From the NCBI GenBank assembly GCA_021838945.1, contig JAKCCH010000004.1, positions 1 through 63,363 of the forward strand: a DNA stretch of 63,363 nucleotides. Reading direction: 5' to 3'. Position 1 is the first letter of the stretch, and each line of letters starts with the position of its first letter. The translations under genes and the position numbers were made by a program. The notes under the pieces are model-generated. The model searched no databases and was not told the origin of the DNA. It saw only the letters and a list, made by a program, of their open reading frames with translations. The DNA is from Actinomycetes bacterium (GTDB lineage Bacteria; Actinomycetota; Acidimicrobiia; Acidimicrobiales; Bog-793). Positions 45,607 through 54,954 of this stretch are shown in pieces.

Positions 45607-47430
45607 GTGGACGCGACTGCGGAGGTGCGAGCGCCCGTCCCGGGCGCAGTCGTGCGCGTCCCGGTGACGGTGGGGGAGGCGGTACGCGCAGGCGACACCG
45701 TGGTCCTGCTCGAGGTCATGAAGATGGAGCACCCGGTGAGGACGCCGGTCGCCGGGATCGTCGAGCACGTCGCCGTCGAGCTCGGCACGTCGGTGGGCGA
45801 AGGGGATCTTCTCGTCTCTGTCGCCCCACGAGGCGACGATGAGCGAGAAGGCGAAAAGGAGCAGGTCGTCGACCTCGACGCACCGCCGAGAGCCGACTTG
45901 AGGGAAGTGCTCGAGCGGCGGCGATTCCTGCTCGACGACTCGCCGGCGCGGGTCGGGCGAGTGGCGGCGCGCCACGCGGCGGGACATCGCACGGTCCGGG
46001 AGAACCTCGAGGATCTGTTCGACGAGGCGAGCTTCGAGGAGTGGGGCGGATTCGTGGTCGCCGCCCAACGCAGCCGCCGCGAGTTGTCCGAGCTCATCGA
46101 GCGCACACCGGCAGACGGCATGGTGGCCGGGATCGGGCGGGTCGCGGGCCGTGCGGTCGCCGTCGCCGGTTACGACTACCTCGTCCTGGCGGGAACCCAG
46201 GGCGCTCGCAACCACCAGAAGAAGGACCGCCTCTTCGACATCGTGGAACGGCTCTCGACTCCGCTCGTGCTCTTGGCGGAAGGGGGAGGCGGCCGACCAG
46301 GCGACACGGACATGCCTTCCGTCGCCGGCCTCGACACGATGGCGTTCGCCCTCTTCGCCCGCTTGTCCGGACTTGTGCCGACGGTGGGGGTGGCGAACGG
46401 CTTCTGTTTCGCAGGGAATGCAGCTCTGCTCGGGTGCTGTGACGTGATCATCGCTACCGAGGACGCCTCGATCGGGATGGGTGGCCCCGCCATGATCGAA
46501 GGCGGAGGGCTCGGTGTCGTCGAGCCCGAGGACATCGGTCCGGTCTCGGTCCAGTCACCGAACGGCGTCGTCGACCTCGTGGCCTCAGACGACGCCGAAG
46601 CCGTCGGGCTCGTGAAGCAGTACCTGTCGTACTTCGATCCGGAGCCCCGACCCTGGACCTGCGCCGACCAGCGCGTCTTGCGCCACCTCGTACCCGAGCG
46701 TCGCACGGTCGTCTACGACGTCCGTCGCGTCGTGGACGTGCTCTGCGACACGGGCAGTGTGCTCGAGCTACGCCGGCACCACGGCGTCGGCATCGTGACC
46801 GCGCTGGCCCGCATCGAAGGGAGGCCCATCGGCCTGATCGCCAACGACCCGGCACATCTCGGTGGTGCCATCGACGCCGACGCCGCCGACAAGGCCGCCC
46901 GTCACGTGCAGCTGTGCGACGCCTTCGGGATCCCTCTCGTGTCGCTCTGCGACACGCCGGGATTCATGGTGGGCCCCGAGGCGGAGCGCTCGGCCCAGGT
47001 GCGGCGTTTCTCGAGGATGTTCGTGACGGCCGCGAGCATCTCGGTGCCGTACGTGACCGTCGTCCTGCGCAAGGGGTACGGTCTCGGGGCACAGGCGATG
47101 GCGGGCGGCAGCTTCCACGCTTCGCTGCTCATCGTGTCGTGGCCGACCGGGGAGTTCGGCGGCATGGGACTCGAGGGCGCGGTGAAGCTGGCCTGGAGGC
47201 GTGAGCTCGACGCGGTGGCCGACCCGGCCGAACGACAAGCGCTCTACGACAAGCTCGTCGCCTCGATGTACGAGCGCGGTCGAGCTCTCTCGATGGCGAT
47301 GCACTTCGAGATCGACGACGTGATCGACCCGGCAGACACTCGTCGGCGGATCATGAACGTGCTGGCTATTGCGCCTCCGGCTGGCCGTTCGCCCGCAAGC
47401 AAGCGGCGCCCGCTCGTCGAGCCCTTCTGA
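45607..47430 (+). CDS. Biotinyl-carrier plus carboxyltransferase domain protein
   Basis: N-terminal EVMKMEH biotinyl domain. CT motifs YDY.VLAGTQG, EGGGGRPGD, DTPGFMVG, RKGYGLG, IDDVIDPADTR. Confidence 0.88.
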   Translation: MDATAEVRAPVPGAVVRVPVTVGEAVRAGDTVVLLEVMKMEHPVRTPVAGIVEHVAVELGTSVGEGDLLVSVAPRGDDEREGEKEQVVDLDAPPRADLREVLERRRFLLDDSPARVGRVAARHAAGHRTVRENLEDLFDEASFEEWGGFVVAAQRSRRELSELIERTPADGMVAGIGRVAGRAVAVAGYDYLVLAGTQGARNHQKKDRLFDIVERLSTPLVLLAEGGGGRPGDTDMPSVAGLDTMAFALFARLSGLVPTVGVANGFCFAGNAALLGCCDVIIATEDASIGMGGPAMIEGGGLGVVEPEDIGPVSVQSPNGVVDLVASDDAEAVGLVKQYLSYFDPEPRPWTCADQRVLRHLVPERRTVVYDVRRVVDVLCDTGSVLELRRHHGVGIVTALARIEGRPIGLIANDPAHLGGAIDADAADKAARHVQLCDAFGIPLVSLCDTPGFMVGPEAERSAQVRRFSRMFVTAASISVPYVTVVLRKGYGLGAQAMAGGSFHASLLIVSWPTGEFGGMGLEGAVKLAWRRELDAVADPAERQALYDKLVASMYERGRALSMAMHFEIDDVIDPADTRRRIMNVLAIAPPAGRSPASKRRPLVEPF

Positions 47431-47434
47431 GCCG

Positions 47435-48340
47435 TCAGGGCAGCTTGTAGATCGCCTGCATCTTCTTCACGATGTCGAGACCGAGCAGGTCCTCCCCGCC
47501 GTCGGCGAGGTGGATCCCATCTGAGTCGCGAAGCGGCATCACCGAGCCGGCGACATCAGTCGTGCCGCCGTTGTACTGCCCGGACGGCGTGGCGAAGAGC
47601 TTCCACGACGAGAAGTAGGTGACCCCGGCGTGCGTGGCCGCCTGCGCCCGGTAGACGGCATCTTGCATCGCCATCTCGTGCGAGAAACGCCGCGGTTGCA
47701 TGATCGGCATGCCCACCCAGAGCACTTGGGCACCGGCGGAGGTCGCCTCGGTCATCATGGTGGCGACGCGCTGGCCGTAGGCGCGCCTCCAGAGCGGCGT
47801 GCCGTAGGTCACCAGCTGGTTCCCCTGGTAGAAGCCCTGCGGGTCGTTCCCCCCGAGGAAGACGACGACGATCTGGGGATGGACCTGCTGCAGTTCGGAC
47901 TCGAGGACGGCCGGCCAGTTGAAGTACCCGGTGTTCGCGAGGCCCGTGTCACCCTTCGCGTCTTGGACGAGGTTCACGTGCGGGTCGTTCGCGAGCGCCC
48001 ACTGCATGCCCCATCCGAGGTCGATGCCGAGCGAGTCTCCGATCTCGAGGATCGTCACCTTGCCGTTCACGGGGTGCACCGCCGACACGGTGGAGAGGGT
48101 GGTCGAGGTGGTGCTCGAGCCCGACTTGGTGTTGTTGCCGGGCGAGATCGCACCGTGATGGGGCCGGGTGGTGCCGGGGTGACCCCGAGTCGCCGCCACG
48201 CTGCCACCGCAGGCGGCCGTGGTGGCAGCGACGGTCACGAGTGCTCCGATCGACGCGATCCGCCGACTCCCGCGTAGCGTCTGGGATCGGATCCTGCGAG
48301 GTGACATCAGTGCTCCTGTTGCGAGCTCGGGACCGGACAT
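47435..48340 (-). CDS. SGNH/GDSL-like (DUF459) lipoprotein
   Basis: Lipobox-like TTAACGG and a Thr/Ser linker. GDSL, GGND and DGIH catalytic blocks. Start uncertain (48340 or 48307). Confidence 0.82.
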   Translation of the reverse strand: MSGPELATGALMSPRRIRSQTLRGSRRIASIGALVTVAATTAACGGSVAATRGHPGTTRPHHGAISPGNNTKSGSSTTSTTLSTVSAVHPVNGKVTILEIGDSLGIDLGWGMQWALANDPHVNLVQDAKGDTGLANTGYFNWPAVLESELQQVHPQIVVVFLGGNDPQGFYQGNQLVTYGTPLWRRAYGQRVATMMTEATSAGAQVLWVGMPIMQPRRFSHEMAMQDAVYRAQAATHAGVTYFSSWKLFATPSGQYNGGTTDVAGSVMPLRDSDGIHLADGGEDLLGLDIVKKMQAIYKLP

Positions 48341-48459
48341 GACGCCAAGACGGCGCCCGTGGACTCCGAGCTTGCACGTAACCATCTTGCACGAACCGTT
48401 CCGTGCGTCGACGACGGTACTCGCTCGCGTGACGAGATCAGTGGCAAGTCCTCGCCGGT

Positions 48460-48477
48460 TCCCAGGTTCCTCCAAGG
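48460..48477 (+). promoter_or_regulatory. OmpR/PhoP-type direct repeat
   Basis: TCCCAGG-N4-TCCAAGG, 11-bp period, upstream of 48499. Confidence 0.45.
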
Positions 48478-48498
48478 CTTGCTCGCAAAGCTGGCGTC

Positions 48499-48804
48499 AT
48501 GTCAGCAGCGGATCAGGACCACAGCCCAACGCCCTCGGCGCCATCTGCTCGCCGGCACCCGGCTCGGCGCGCCCGGCTCGTCGCCGGCGCCGGCAGCCTT
48601 GCGGGCATGCTCGTGATCACCGGCGTGATCGCGTCGAGCTCCCACGCGGCGTCCCATGAACAGGTCACATCCGTCGGAGGGGAGGGCGAGTCCACCGGCA
48701 CGGGCGATGCCGGCACGACCACGTCGGGCACACCGGGCGCCTCCGGCGCTCCGCAGGCATCCACTCCGTCCCAGAGCGCCAACACCGCGAGCGGTGGCAG
48801 CTGA
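48499..48804 (+). CDS. Small exported/membrane protein with a T/S/G-rich tail ending TASGGS (candidate ApbE substrate)
   Basis: Basic N-terminus, TM helix and low-complexity tail. Overlaps the apbE start. Confidence 0.7.
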   Translation: MSAADQDHSPTPSAPSARRHPARRARLVAGAGSLAGMLVITGVIASSSHAASHEQVTSVGGEGESTGTGDAGTTTSGTPGASGAPQASTPSQSANTASGGS

Positions 48805-49744
48805 GCTCACCTGGGAGGCCATGGGCACGACGGCGCATCTCATCGTCGTCGGCCCCGCTCGTCTGACGGGCCGCGGGAGGCGCCGGATCGAGGCCCTCGA
48901 GCAGCGGTGGAGCCGGTTTCGCCCGACGAGCGAGCTCAACCGGTTGAATGCTCGCGCCGGCGAGGTGACCCGCGTGTCCGAGGAGACCCGGCTCCTCGTC
49001 CAACGGTCGCTCGAGGGCTGGTGGCTCTCGGGCGGAGCCTTCGACCCGACACTGCTCGGCGATGTCGTCCGGGCGGGCTACGACCGCACCTACGAGGAGA
49101 TCGGGCCGCGCGAGCGCCAGCCGATCAGCCACTTCCGGTCAGGATGCGACGGGATCGTGCTCGAGGGCCACGACGTCCACCTACCCCCGGACGTCGGCAT
49201 CGACTCGGGCGGCATCGGCAAGGGGCTGGCGGCCGACCTCGTCGCGGCCGAGCTCATGGATGCCGGCGCCGACGGCGTGTGCTGCAACATCGGAGGTGAC
49301 CTGCGCGTCGTTGGTGTCGGACCGGATCCGGGCGGCTGGACCATCGCGGTCGAGCACGCATGGAACGGGGCCGTGCCTCTCGCCCTCGTCGGGCTGGCAG
49401 CGGGCGGCATGGCGACTTCGACCACGCTGAAGCGGCGCTGGCTCGTCGACGGCGAGCTCAGGCACCACCTGATCGACCCCCGCTCCCACCGCCCGGCCGA
49501 GAGCGGGCTCAACCACGCCACGGTCGTCGCCGGGGAGGCCTGGCGGGCCGAGATCCTCGCCAAAGCGGTCCTCGTGAACGGCGAGGAGCATCCCTTCGAC
49601 ATCGTCGGGGGGACAGGCTCGGATGTGATCGCCGTGACGGAGGACGGGAAGGTGCTTGCCACCGAGGGGTTCAGCCGCTACGTGGGAGCGACGCCCCTGC
49701 CCCGTCGAGTGGCAGGCGGCCGCGGTCCCGGGCCAGCTCCGTGA
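48794..49744 (+). CDS. apbE: FAD:protein FMN transferase (ApbE family)
   Basis: Motifs AMGT, WSRF...SEL, GAFDPT, D.GGIGKG, NIGGD, ATS, HHLIDPR. No signal peptide. Start at GTG 48794 or ATG 48821. Confidence 0.9.
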   Translation: MAAELTWEAMGTTAHLIVVGPARLTGRGRRRIEALEQRWSRFRPTSELNRLNARAGEVTRVSEETRLLVQRSLEGWWLSGGAFDPTLLGDVVRAGYDRTYEEIGPRERQPISHFRSGCDGIVLEGHDVHLPPDVGIDSGGIGKGLAADLVAAELMDAGADGVCCNIGGDLRVVGVGPDPGGWTIAVEHAWNGAVPLALVGLAAGGMATSTTLKRRWLVDGELRHHLIDPRSHRPAESGLNHATVVAGEAWRAEILAKAVLVNGEEHPFDIVGGTGSDVIAVTEDGKVLATEGFSRYVGATPLPRRVAGGRGPGPAP

Positions 49745-50285
49745 GAGCGTCGGCTCGCGCCCGCCGCGCCGTGACGGCCCGCATCACCACCAGCACCCCG
49801 GCCGCCCACGAGACGCTGTAGAAGGCGATCCGGAGCGCGGCCGAGTGACGGTCCGTGCCGGCGGCGAGGCCGTGGATCGTCGCGAAGGCGAAGAGCGGGA
49901 ACGACAGGTAATGGGTGCGCCGCCAGACTCGCCGCGGCACCACGCGCCGCAGCAGCGAGGTCACCTCGAGCGCGACGAGGAGGTACATGGCCACGATGCC
50001 CCACGCGACCGCACCGGGGCGCCATGACCCCGTCAGCGGGACGAGGACCTCGGTCAAGCCGAAGTGGGTGTAGGTGTCGAGCAGGATGGAGGAGACGTGC
50101 ACCACGACGAACACGAGCGCGCCGGCTCCGAGGAAGCGGTGCAGGTCGAGGAGCCAGGCACGACGGCGGACGGTCTCGGCGAGGCGTGTGCTCATGAAGA
50201 GCCCCCAGAGCACGCTCCCGGCGAGCAGTGCCCACGCCACGATCCCGCTCGCTCGGGACGTGTACCAGACGAGCGTGCTGTTCAT
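49671..50285 (-). CDS. Ferric reductase-like (MsrQ-like) transmembrane heme protein
   Basis: Motifs WY.SRASG, LHRFL, VHV, WRRTHY.S, IHG..AGTD (heme-ligating His residues). Confidence 0.85.
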   Translation of the reverse strand: MNSTLVWYTSRASGIVAWALLAGSVLWGLFMSTRLAETVRRRAWLLDLHRFLGAGALVFVVVHVSSILLDTYTHFGLTEVLVPLTGSWRPGAVAWGIVAMYLLVALEVTSLLRRVVPRRVWRRTHYLSFPLFAFATIHGLAAGTDRHSAALRIAFYSVSWAAGVLVVMRAVTARRARADALTELARDRGRLPLDGAGASLPRSG

Positions 50286-50308
50286 GGCCTCGAGTCTCGG
50301 GGGGAAAG

Positions 50309-50325
50309 CTCAGAACCACCTCAGA
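50309..50325 (-). promoter_or_regulatory. OmpR/MprA-type direct repeat
   Basis: CTCAGA-N5-CTCAGA, 11-bp period, upstream of the ferric reductase-like gene. Confidence 0.5.
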
Positions 50326-51814
50326 CCTTGCCGGGAAGTGCTACCGATTCGGTCGGTCCCTTTGTCTCGCCGGTCGGCAGGCGGAGCACGAACTGCGCCC
50401 CCCCGCCATCGGCGTTCGAAGCTGTGACGGAACCGCCGTGCTCATCGGCTACGGCTGCCACGATGGAGAGTCCGAGGCCCGCGCCGCCACCGGCTCTCGA
50501 CCGGTCCGCCCGCCAGAAACGGTCGAACGCCTTTGCCAGCGCCTCCTCGTCCAGTCCCGGGCCGTGATCGCGGACGGACACGACCACGTCACCTCGTTCG
50601 GCCTCGTGGCGCAGCGCGACCTCGATCGGTGAACCTGGCGGTGTGTGCCGCAAGCCGTTCGTGAGGAGGTTGGCCACAGCTTGGCGCAGGTGGGCGGCGT
50701 CGCCGAGGACGTGCACCGGTTCGGGCGCGTCGAGGAGGAGCGGGCGGCCCGGCTCGATGGCCGCCGCTGCCGAGCAGGCCTCGGCGACCACGACCGACAG
50801 GTCGACGTCTTCGCGCAGCATCTCCGGTGCCTGGTCGAGGCGGGCGAGGAGGAGCAGGTCGTCCACGAGCCGTTTCATGCGGCCGGCTTCCTCTTCGATC
50901 CGCCGCGCCACGATGGTGGGATCGGAGGACCTTTCGCCTCCCGCGATGCTCAACCGGAACAGCTCAGCGAAGCCCTGGATCGAGGTCAGCGGCGTCCGGA
51001 GCTCATGGGAGACGTCGGCGAGGAACTGCCGCAGGCGGGCCTCGGTGACGTCTCGCTCGGCGAAGGCCCTCTCGATGTCGGCGAGCATGGCGTTGAGAGC
51101 AGCACCGAGCTCGATGACCTCGGTCGGGCCTCTCTCCGGTCCGACGCGCCGGGACAGGTCGCCGCTCGCGATCGCTCGGGAGTCGAGTGCCATGTGCTCG
51201 AGAGGGCTGAGACCTCGCCGCAGGATGAGCCAGGAGCCGGCAAGCAGCACGAGGAGCAGGCCGAGGGCGGCGGCGACCTCCACGAGCAAAAGGTCGTGGA
51301 GCGTCGCGTCGATGGCCGTCGTGGGCTCGGCCAGGACGATCAAATAACCGGGAGCATGCGGGGCCGGCGAGACGAGCACGCGCCAATGGGGACCGGTCCC
51401 GCCGCTCGAGGCGGCGTCGAACAGCTTTGCCGAGCTCTCGTGACCGAGTTGCAGCAAAGAGGGGAGTCTCGGCACCCCGACCCTCCTCACGACGTCGGCA
51501 CTGGCCACGACCGTGCCCGCGGGGGAGAGGAGGGCGGCATACGAGCCAGGTGCCAGGACCGAGGTCGGGGCGGGACCGCTCCCGTACTCGCCCTGGTCAC
51601 CGCCCCCGCTCCGGCTCGTGGCACCAGGCGGGCTACCGACGTGTGCCTGCAGCTCGAGCTGCGTCGCCTCGAAGCTCTCGGATGCGCGCAGTTGCGTGTC
51701 GAGCTGTGCGTACTGGGTCGGCGCGTAGAAGGCGTAGGTCGCCAGGCCGAACGCGACGAGCCCGAGAGCGAGCAGCACCCCGAGGCTGAGCGCGAGGCGG
51801 AGACGGAGGGTCAT
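50321..51814 (-). CDS. HAMP-domain sensor histidine kinase
   Basis: Two TM helices and a HAMP domain. ADVSHELRTPLTSI, NLLTNG..H, D.GPG, GAGLGL. Confidence 0.95.
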   Translation of the reverse strand: MTLRLRLALSLGVLLALGLVAFGLATYAFYAPTQYAQLDTQLRASESFEATQLELQAHVGSPPGATSRSGGGDQGEYGSGPAPTSVLAPGSYAALLSPAGTVVASADVVRRVGVPRLPSLLQLGHESSAKLFDAASSGGTGPHWRVLVSPAPHAPGYLIVLAEPTTAIDATLHDLLLVEVAAALGLLLVLLAGSWLILRRGLSPLEHMALDSRAIASGDLSRRVGPERGPTEVIELGAALNAMLADIERAFAERDVTEARLRQFLADVSHELRTPLTSIQGFAELFRLSIAGGERSSDPTIVARRIEEEAGRMKRLVDDLLLLARLDQAPEMLREDVDLSVVVAEACSAAAAIEPGRPLLLDAPEPVHVLGDAAHLRQAVANLLTNGLRHTPPGSPIEVALRHEAERGDVVVSVRDHGPGLDEEALAKAFDRFWRADRSRAGGGAGLGLSIVAAVADEHGGSVTASNADGGGAQFVLRLPTGETKGPTESVALPGKV

Positions 51815-52545
51815 GCGCTCTCTGCCCCTCGTTGCTGCTTGGGCGGCAGGCGAAGCGAGTACCCGACGCCCCGTACCGTCTGGATGAGAGGGGGGCCGAG
51901 CACATCGAGCTTCTGGCGGAGGTAGCTCACATAGGTCTCGAGGACGCTCGCGTTCGAGGTGAACGTGTAGTCCCAGACGCGCTCCAGGATCTGCTCACGG
52001 GTGAGGACCCGGCGCGCGTTCGCGAGCAGGTAGTGGAGGAGCTTGTACTCCGTCGGCGTGAGGTCGACGACCGTCCCGCTGCGCCAGACCTCGCGGGTGT
52101 CCTCGTCGAGCACGAGATCGGCGTAGCTGAGCCGGTGCTCTCCCGGGCCGGTTCCCATGGCGCGGCGGAGCACCGCCTTCGCGCGCTCGACGAGCTCCTC
52201 GATGGAGAAGGGCTTCGTCACGTAGTCGTCGACCCCGAGCCGTAGGCCCTGGATCTTGTCGGCCGTGGCGTCACGGGCGGTGAGGAAGATGACAGGGACC
52301 CTCGTGCCTGCACCTTCGGCTTGGCGAAGACGGCGCGCCACCTCGAAGCCGTCGAGGCCTGGCAGCATCACGTCGAGGATGAGGAGGTCGGGGCGGGAAG
52401 ACTCGATCTGGTCGAGCGCGTCGCGTGAGGAGTGGAAGCGCACGGGGGCCATACCGTTGATGCGGAGGCCCATCGCGACGAGCTCGGTGATGTGCTCCTC
52501 GTCGTCGAGGACGTAGATGACGGGCCTGCCCTCGCTGTCGGGCAC
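51811..52545 (-). CDS. OmpR/PhoP family response regulator
   Basis: Motifs LDDE, LDVMLP, FLTARD, DDYVTKPF, LTPTEY, YLRQK, TVRGVGY. Confidence 0.95.
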   Translation of the reverse strand: MPDSEGRPVIYVLDDEEHITELVAMGLRINGMAPVRFHSSRDALDQIESSRPDLLILDVMLPGLDGFEVARRLRQAEGAGTRVPVIFLTARDATADKIQGLRLGVDDYVTKPFSIEELVERAKAVLRRAMGTGPGEHRLSYADLVLDEDTREVWRSGTVVDLTPTEYKLLHYLLANARRVLTREQILERVWDYTFTSNASVLETYVSYLRQKLDVLGPPLIQTVRGVGYSLRLPPKQQRGAESA

Positions 52546-52594
52546 TGACGTTTGCTCCTTCGCTGGCTCGGCGCCCCTGCTTGCTACACGTCGG

Positions 52595-53299
52595 TCAGGG
52601 TTCCGCTTGCGTGACGAGCTGGTAACCGATCCCGGGGCGGGTCCGGAGGAAGGTGCCGTGCTCGTCCCCGAGCTTCTTCCGGAGCCGGTACGCGTACTCG
52701 CGAAGGTATCGGATGTCCGACCCGTATCCGGGGCCCCAGACGGCCTCGAGGATCATGCGCTGGGTGGCGACTCGGTCATGGTTGCGAGCGAGATAAGCGA
52801 GGAAGTCGAACTCCCGCGGCGTGAGGTCGAGAGCTTCTCCCTCGAGGCGCGCCTCGTGCCGGGCAAGATCGACGGCGAGCGGCCCGGCTTCGATGGTGCT
52901 CTCGTCCGCACTGTCGGTGCCGGCAGGCGAGCCTTTCGAGCCACGGCGGAGAGCCACGCGCAGGCGCGCCTGGAGCTCGCCCATCGAGAACGGTTTGGTG
53001 ACGTAGTCGTCTGCTCCGGAGTCGAGGGCGTCGATCTTCCGGTCCTCTGTGGCGTCGGCCGACAGCACGATGATCGGCACGTCGCTCCACTCCCGGACCC
53101 GGCGGCACACCTCCACGCCGTCGAGGTCGGGCAGGCCGAGGTCGAGCACGAGGACGTCCGGGCTGTGCAGCGCAGTCTCGGACAGGCCGGTCACGCCGTT
53201 CCCCGCCGTGTGGACGACATAGCCGAGACCGGACAACCCGATCTTGAGGACGCGCAGCAGCGCAGGGTCGTCGTCGACGACGAGGACCGTCGTGCTCAC
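52595..53299 (-). CDS. kdpE: Response regulator KdpE
   Basis: Motifs VVDDD, LDLGLPD, GADDYVTKPF, LRKKL, T.PGIGY. Follows the kdpD kinase gene. Start at GTG 53299. Confidence 0.88.
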   Translation of the reverse strand: MSTTVLVVDDDPALLRVLKIGLSGLGYVVHTAGNGVTGLSETALHSPDVLVLDLGLPDLDGVEVCRRVREWSDVPIIVLSADATEDRKIDALDSGADDYVTKPFSMGELQARLRVALRRGSKGSPAGTDSADESTIEAGPLAVDLARHEARLEGEALDLTPREFDFLAYLARNHDRVATQRMILEAVWGPGYGSDIRYLREYAYRLRKKLGDEHGTFLRTRPGIGYQLVTQAEP

Positions 53300-53303
53300 G
53301 TGG

Positions 53304-54878
53304 TCAACCGCCTTCAGTGCTCGCGGCTGCGGGCACGACCAGTTTTGGTGAGAGTGGGAGCGCCATCTCCACACGCGTTCCCGGCTCGGCGTCCTCGATC
53401 CTGATCGTGCCGCCATGCGCCTCGATGAAGGACCTCGTGATCGAGAGGCCGAGACCTGTTCCGGCCGATGGCTTGTGGTCGGGATCTGCTCCCTGCTCGA
53501 AGACTTCGAACAGGCGAGCGCGGTCGCCCGCCGGGATGCCGGGGCCGCGGTCGGTGACGAGGATCCGCACGGGGCGGTCCTCACCGGTTCCGAGCTCACC
53601 GCGAAGCTCGACTGCGGTTCCTTTCGGGGCGAAACGCAGCCCGTTCTCCAACACGTTCACGAGCGCCTCGAGGAGGAGGGTGCGGTCGGCCTCGGCGACG
53701 ACCGGCTCGTCCGGCAGCACGACCTCCACGGTCGCCCCAGCCGGCCCGAGCGCCTCTGTCGCGGCGGTGAACAGCTCTTCCAGCGAGACGATGTCGCGCT
53801 CGAGCACGAGGGCACCCGCCTGGATGCGGGTCATGTCCATGAGGTTCGAGACCATGCGCTCCAGCCGGTCGGCCTGTGTCTCGATCAGACCCGCGAGCTC
53901 GTTGCGATCGTCGTCGCTGAGAGATTCCGGACTGCCGAGCAGCGCGGATGCCGACGCCTTGATCGTCGAAAGCGGTGTGCGGAGGTCGTGCGAGACGGCG
54001 CCGAACAGATAGCGGCGGTGTCGGTCCACTTGCTCGAGCAGCTCTAGTCGTACCTCGCGGTCGCGTTGTGCAGCGCGCTCGATTGCCAGCGCGATGTGAT
54101 TGGCGAAGGCTCCGAGCAGCTCTCGGCGATGCGTCGGGAGCGGACGGCCCACCACCGCGAGGAGGCCGACGATCCGGTCGGCCACGCGGAGGACCACGGC
54201 CTCGAGGACTCGGCTCTGGGCGGGATGCTCGGTCGAGACGTTGGCCGGCAGCAGGACGCGAAGGCTCGCCGGCGTGCCGGAATGTGGCAGCAGCCGATCG
54301 AGCTCGGCCGGCGAGAGTGCGCGGCCTGCGTGAGCGACGACTTCGAGACTGCTGCTCGACCCGCCGTTGTGCACGATGCTCGGCAGGAGCAGCGCGGCGC
54401 TGTCGAGGTCGAAGGCGTCGCGCACCGAGCTGACGACGATGCCGAAGAGCTCGCCCGTCGGTCGATGGCTCACGAGCAGCTCGGAGATGTCGAGCAGCTG
54501 GGCGGCGTCCTGCCGTCCCTGGCGGGCACTCGACTCCGCATGCCACAGACGGTCGACGACGCGGGAGACAAGGGCCATCACGACGGCGTAGACGACGAGG
54601 GCACCCCATTCGTCGCCGTGGGCCACGATGAGCGTGTTGTACGGGGGCAGGAAGAAGAAGTCGTAGGCGAGGAACCCGAGCAGGACAGCGGCAAGCCCCG
54701 GAACGACGCCCCCGACAGATGCGGCGATGACCACGGGGAGGACGAGGGCCAGCGCGACGACGGCGTGATCGAGATGTGTCCGGACCGGCACCATGGCAGC
54801 CGTCAAGAGGGCTGTGCCGACCACTGCGATGGCGACGCCTGTCAGCTGCCGGCGGCGAGGCATGATCCTGCTGGGCAC
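53304..54878 (-). CDS. kdpD: KdpD C-terminal part (4-TM DUF4118, GAF-like, HisKA, HATPase)
   Basis: YDFFFLPPY, VSHDLRTPL..IK, N.LENG, D.GPGI, GTGLGL. Lacks the N-terminal KdpD/Usp domains. Confidence 0.88.
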   Translation of the reverse strand: MPSRIMPRRRQLTGVAIAVVGTALLTAAMVPVRTHLDHAVVALALVLPVVIAASVGGVVPGLAAVLLGFLAYDFFFLPPYNTLIVAHGDEWGALVVYAVVMALVSRVVDRLWHAESSARQGRQDAAQLLDISELLVSHRPTGELFGIVVSSVRDAFDLDSAALLLPSIVHNGGSSSSLEVVAHAGRALSPAELDRLLPHSGTPASLRVLLPANVSTEHPAQSRVLEAVVLRVADRIVGLLAVVGRPLPTHRRELLGAFANHIALAIERAAQRDREVRLELLEQVDRHRRYLFGAVSHDLRTPLSTIKASASALLGSPESLSDDDRNELAGLIETQADRLERMVSNLMDMTRIQAGALVLERDIVSLEELFTAATEALGPAGATVEVVLPDEPVVAEADRTLLLEALVNVLENGLRFAPKGTAVELRGELGTGEDRPVRILVTDRGPGIPAGDRARLFEVFEQGADPDHKPSAGTGLGLSITRSFIEAHGGTIRIEDAEPGTRVEMALPLSPKLVVPAAASTEGG

Positions 54879-54954
54879 CGTGACCGAAGGATAGGCCCGC
54901 CGAGTCTCGTTCCTGTCGACGCCCGGCGCTGGTCCAGCTGTGCGGTCAGCTCCT

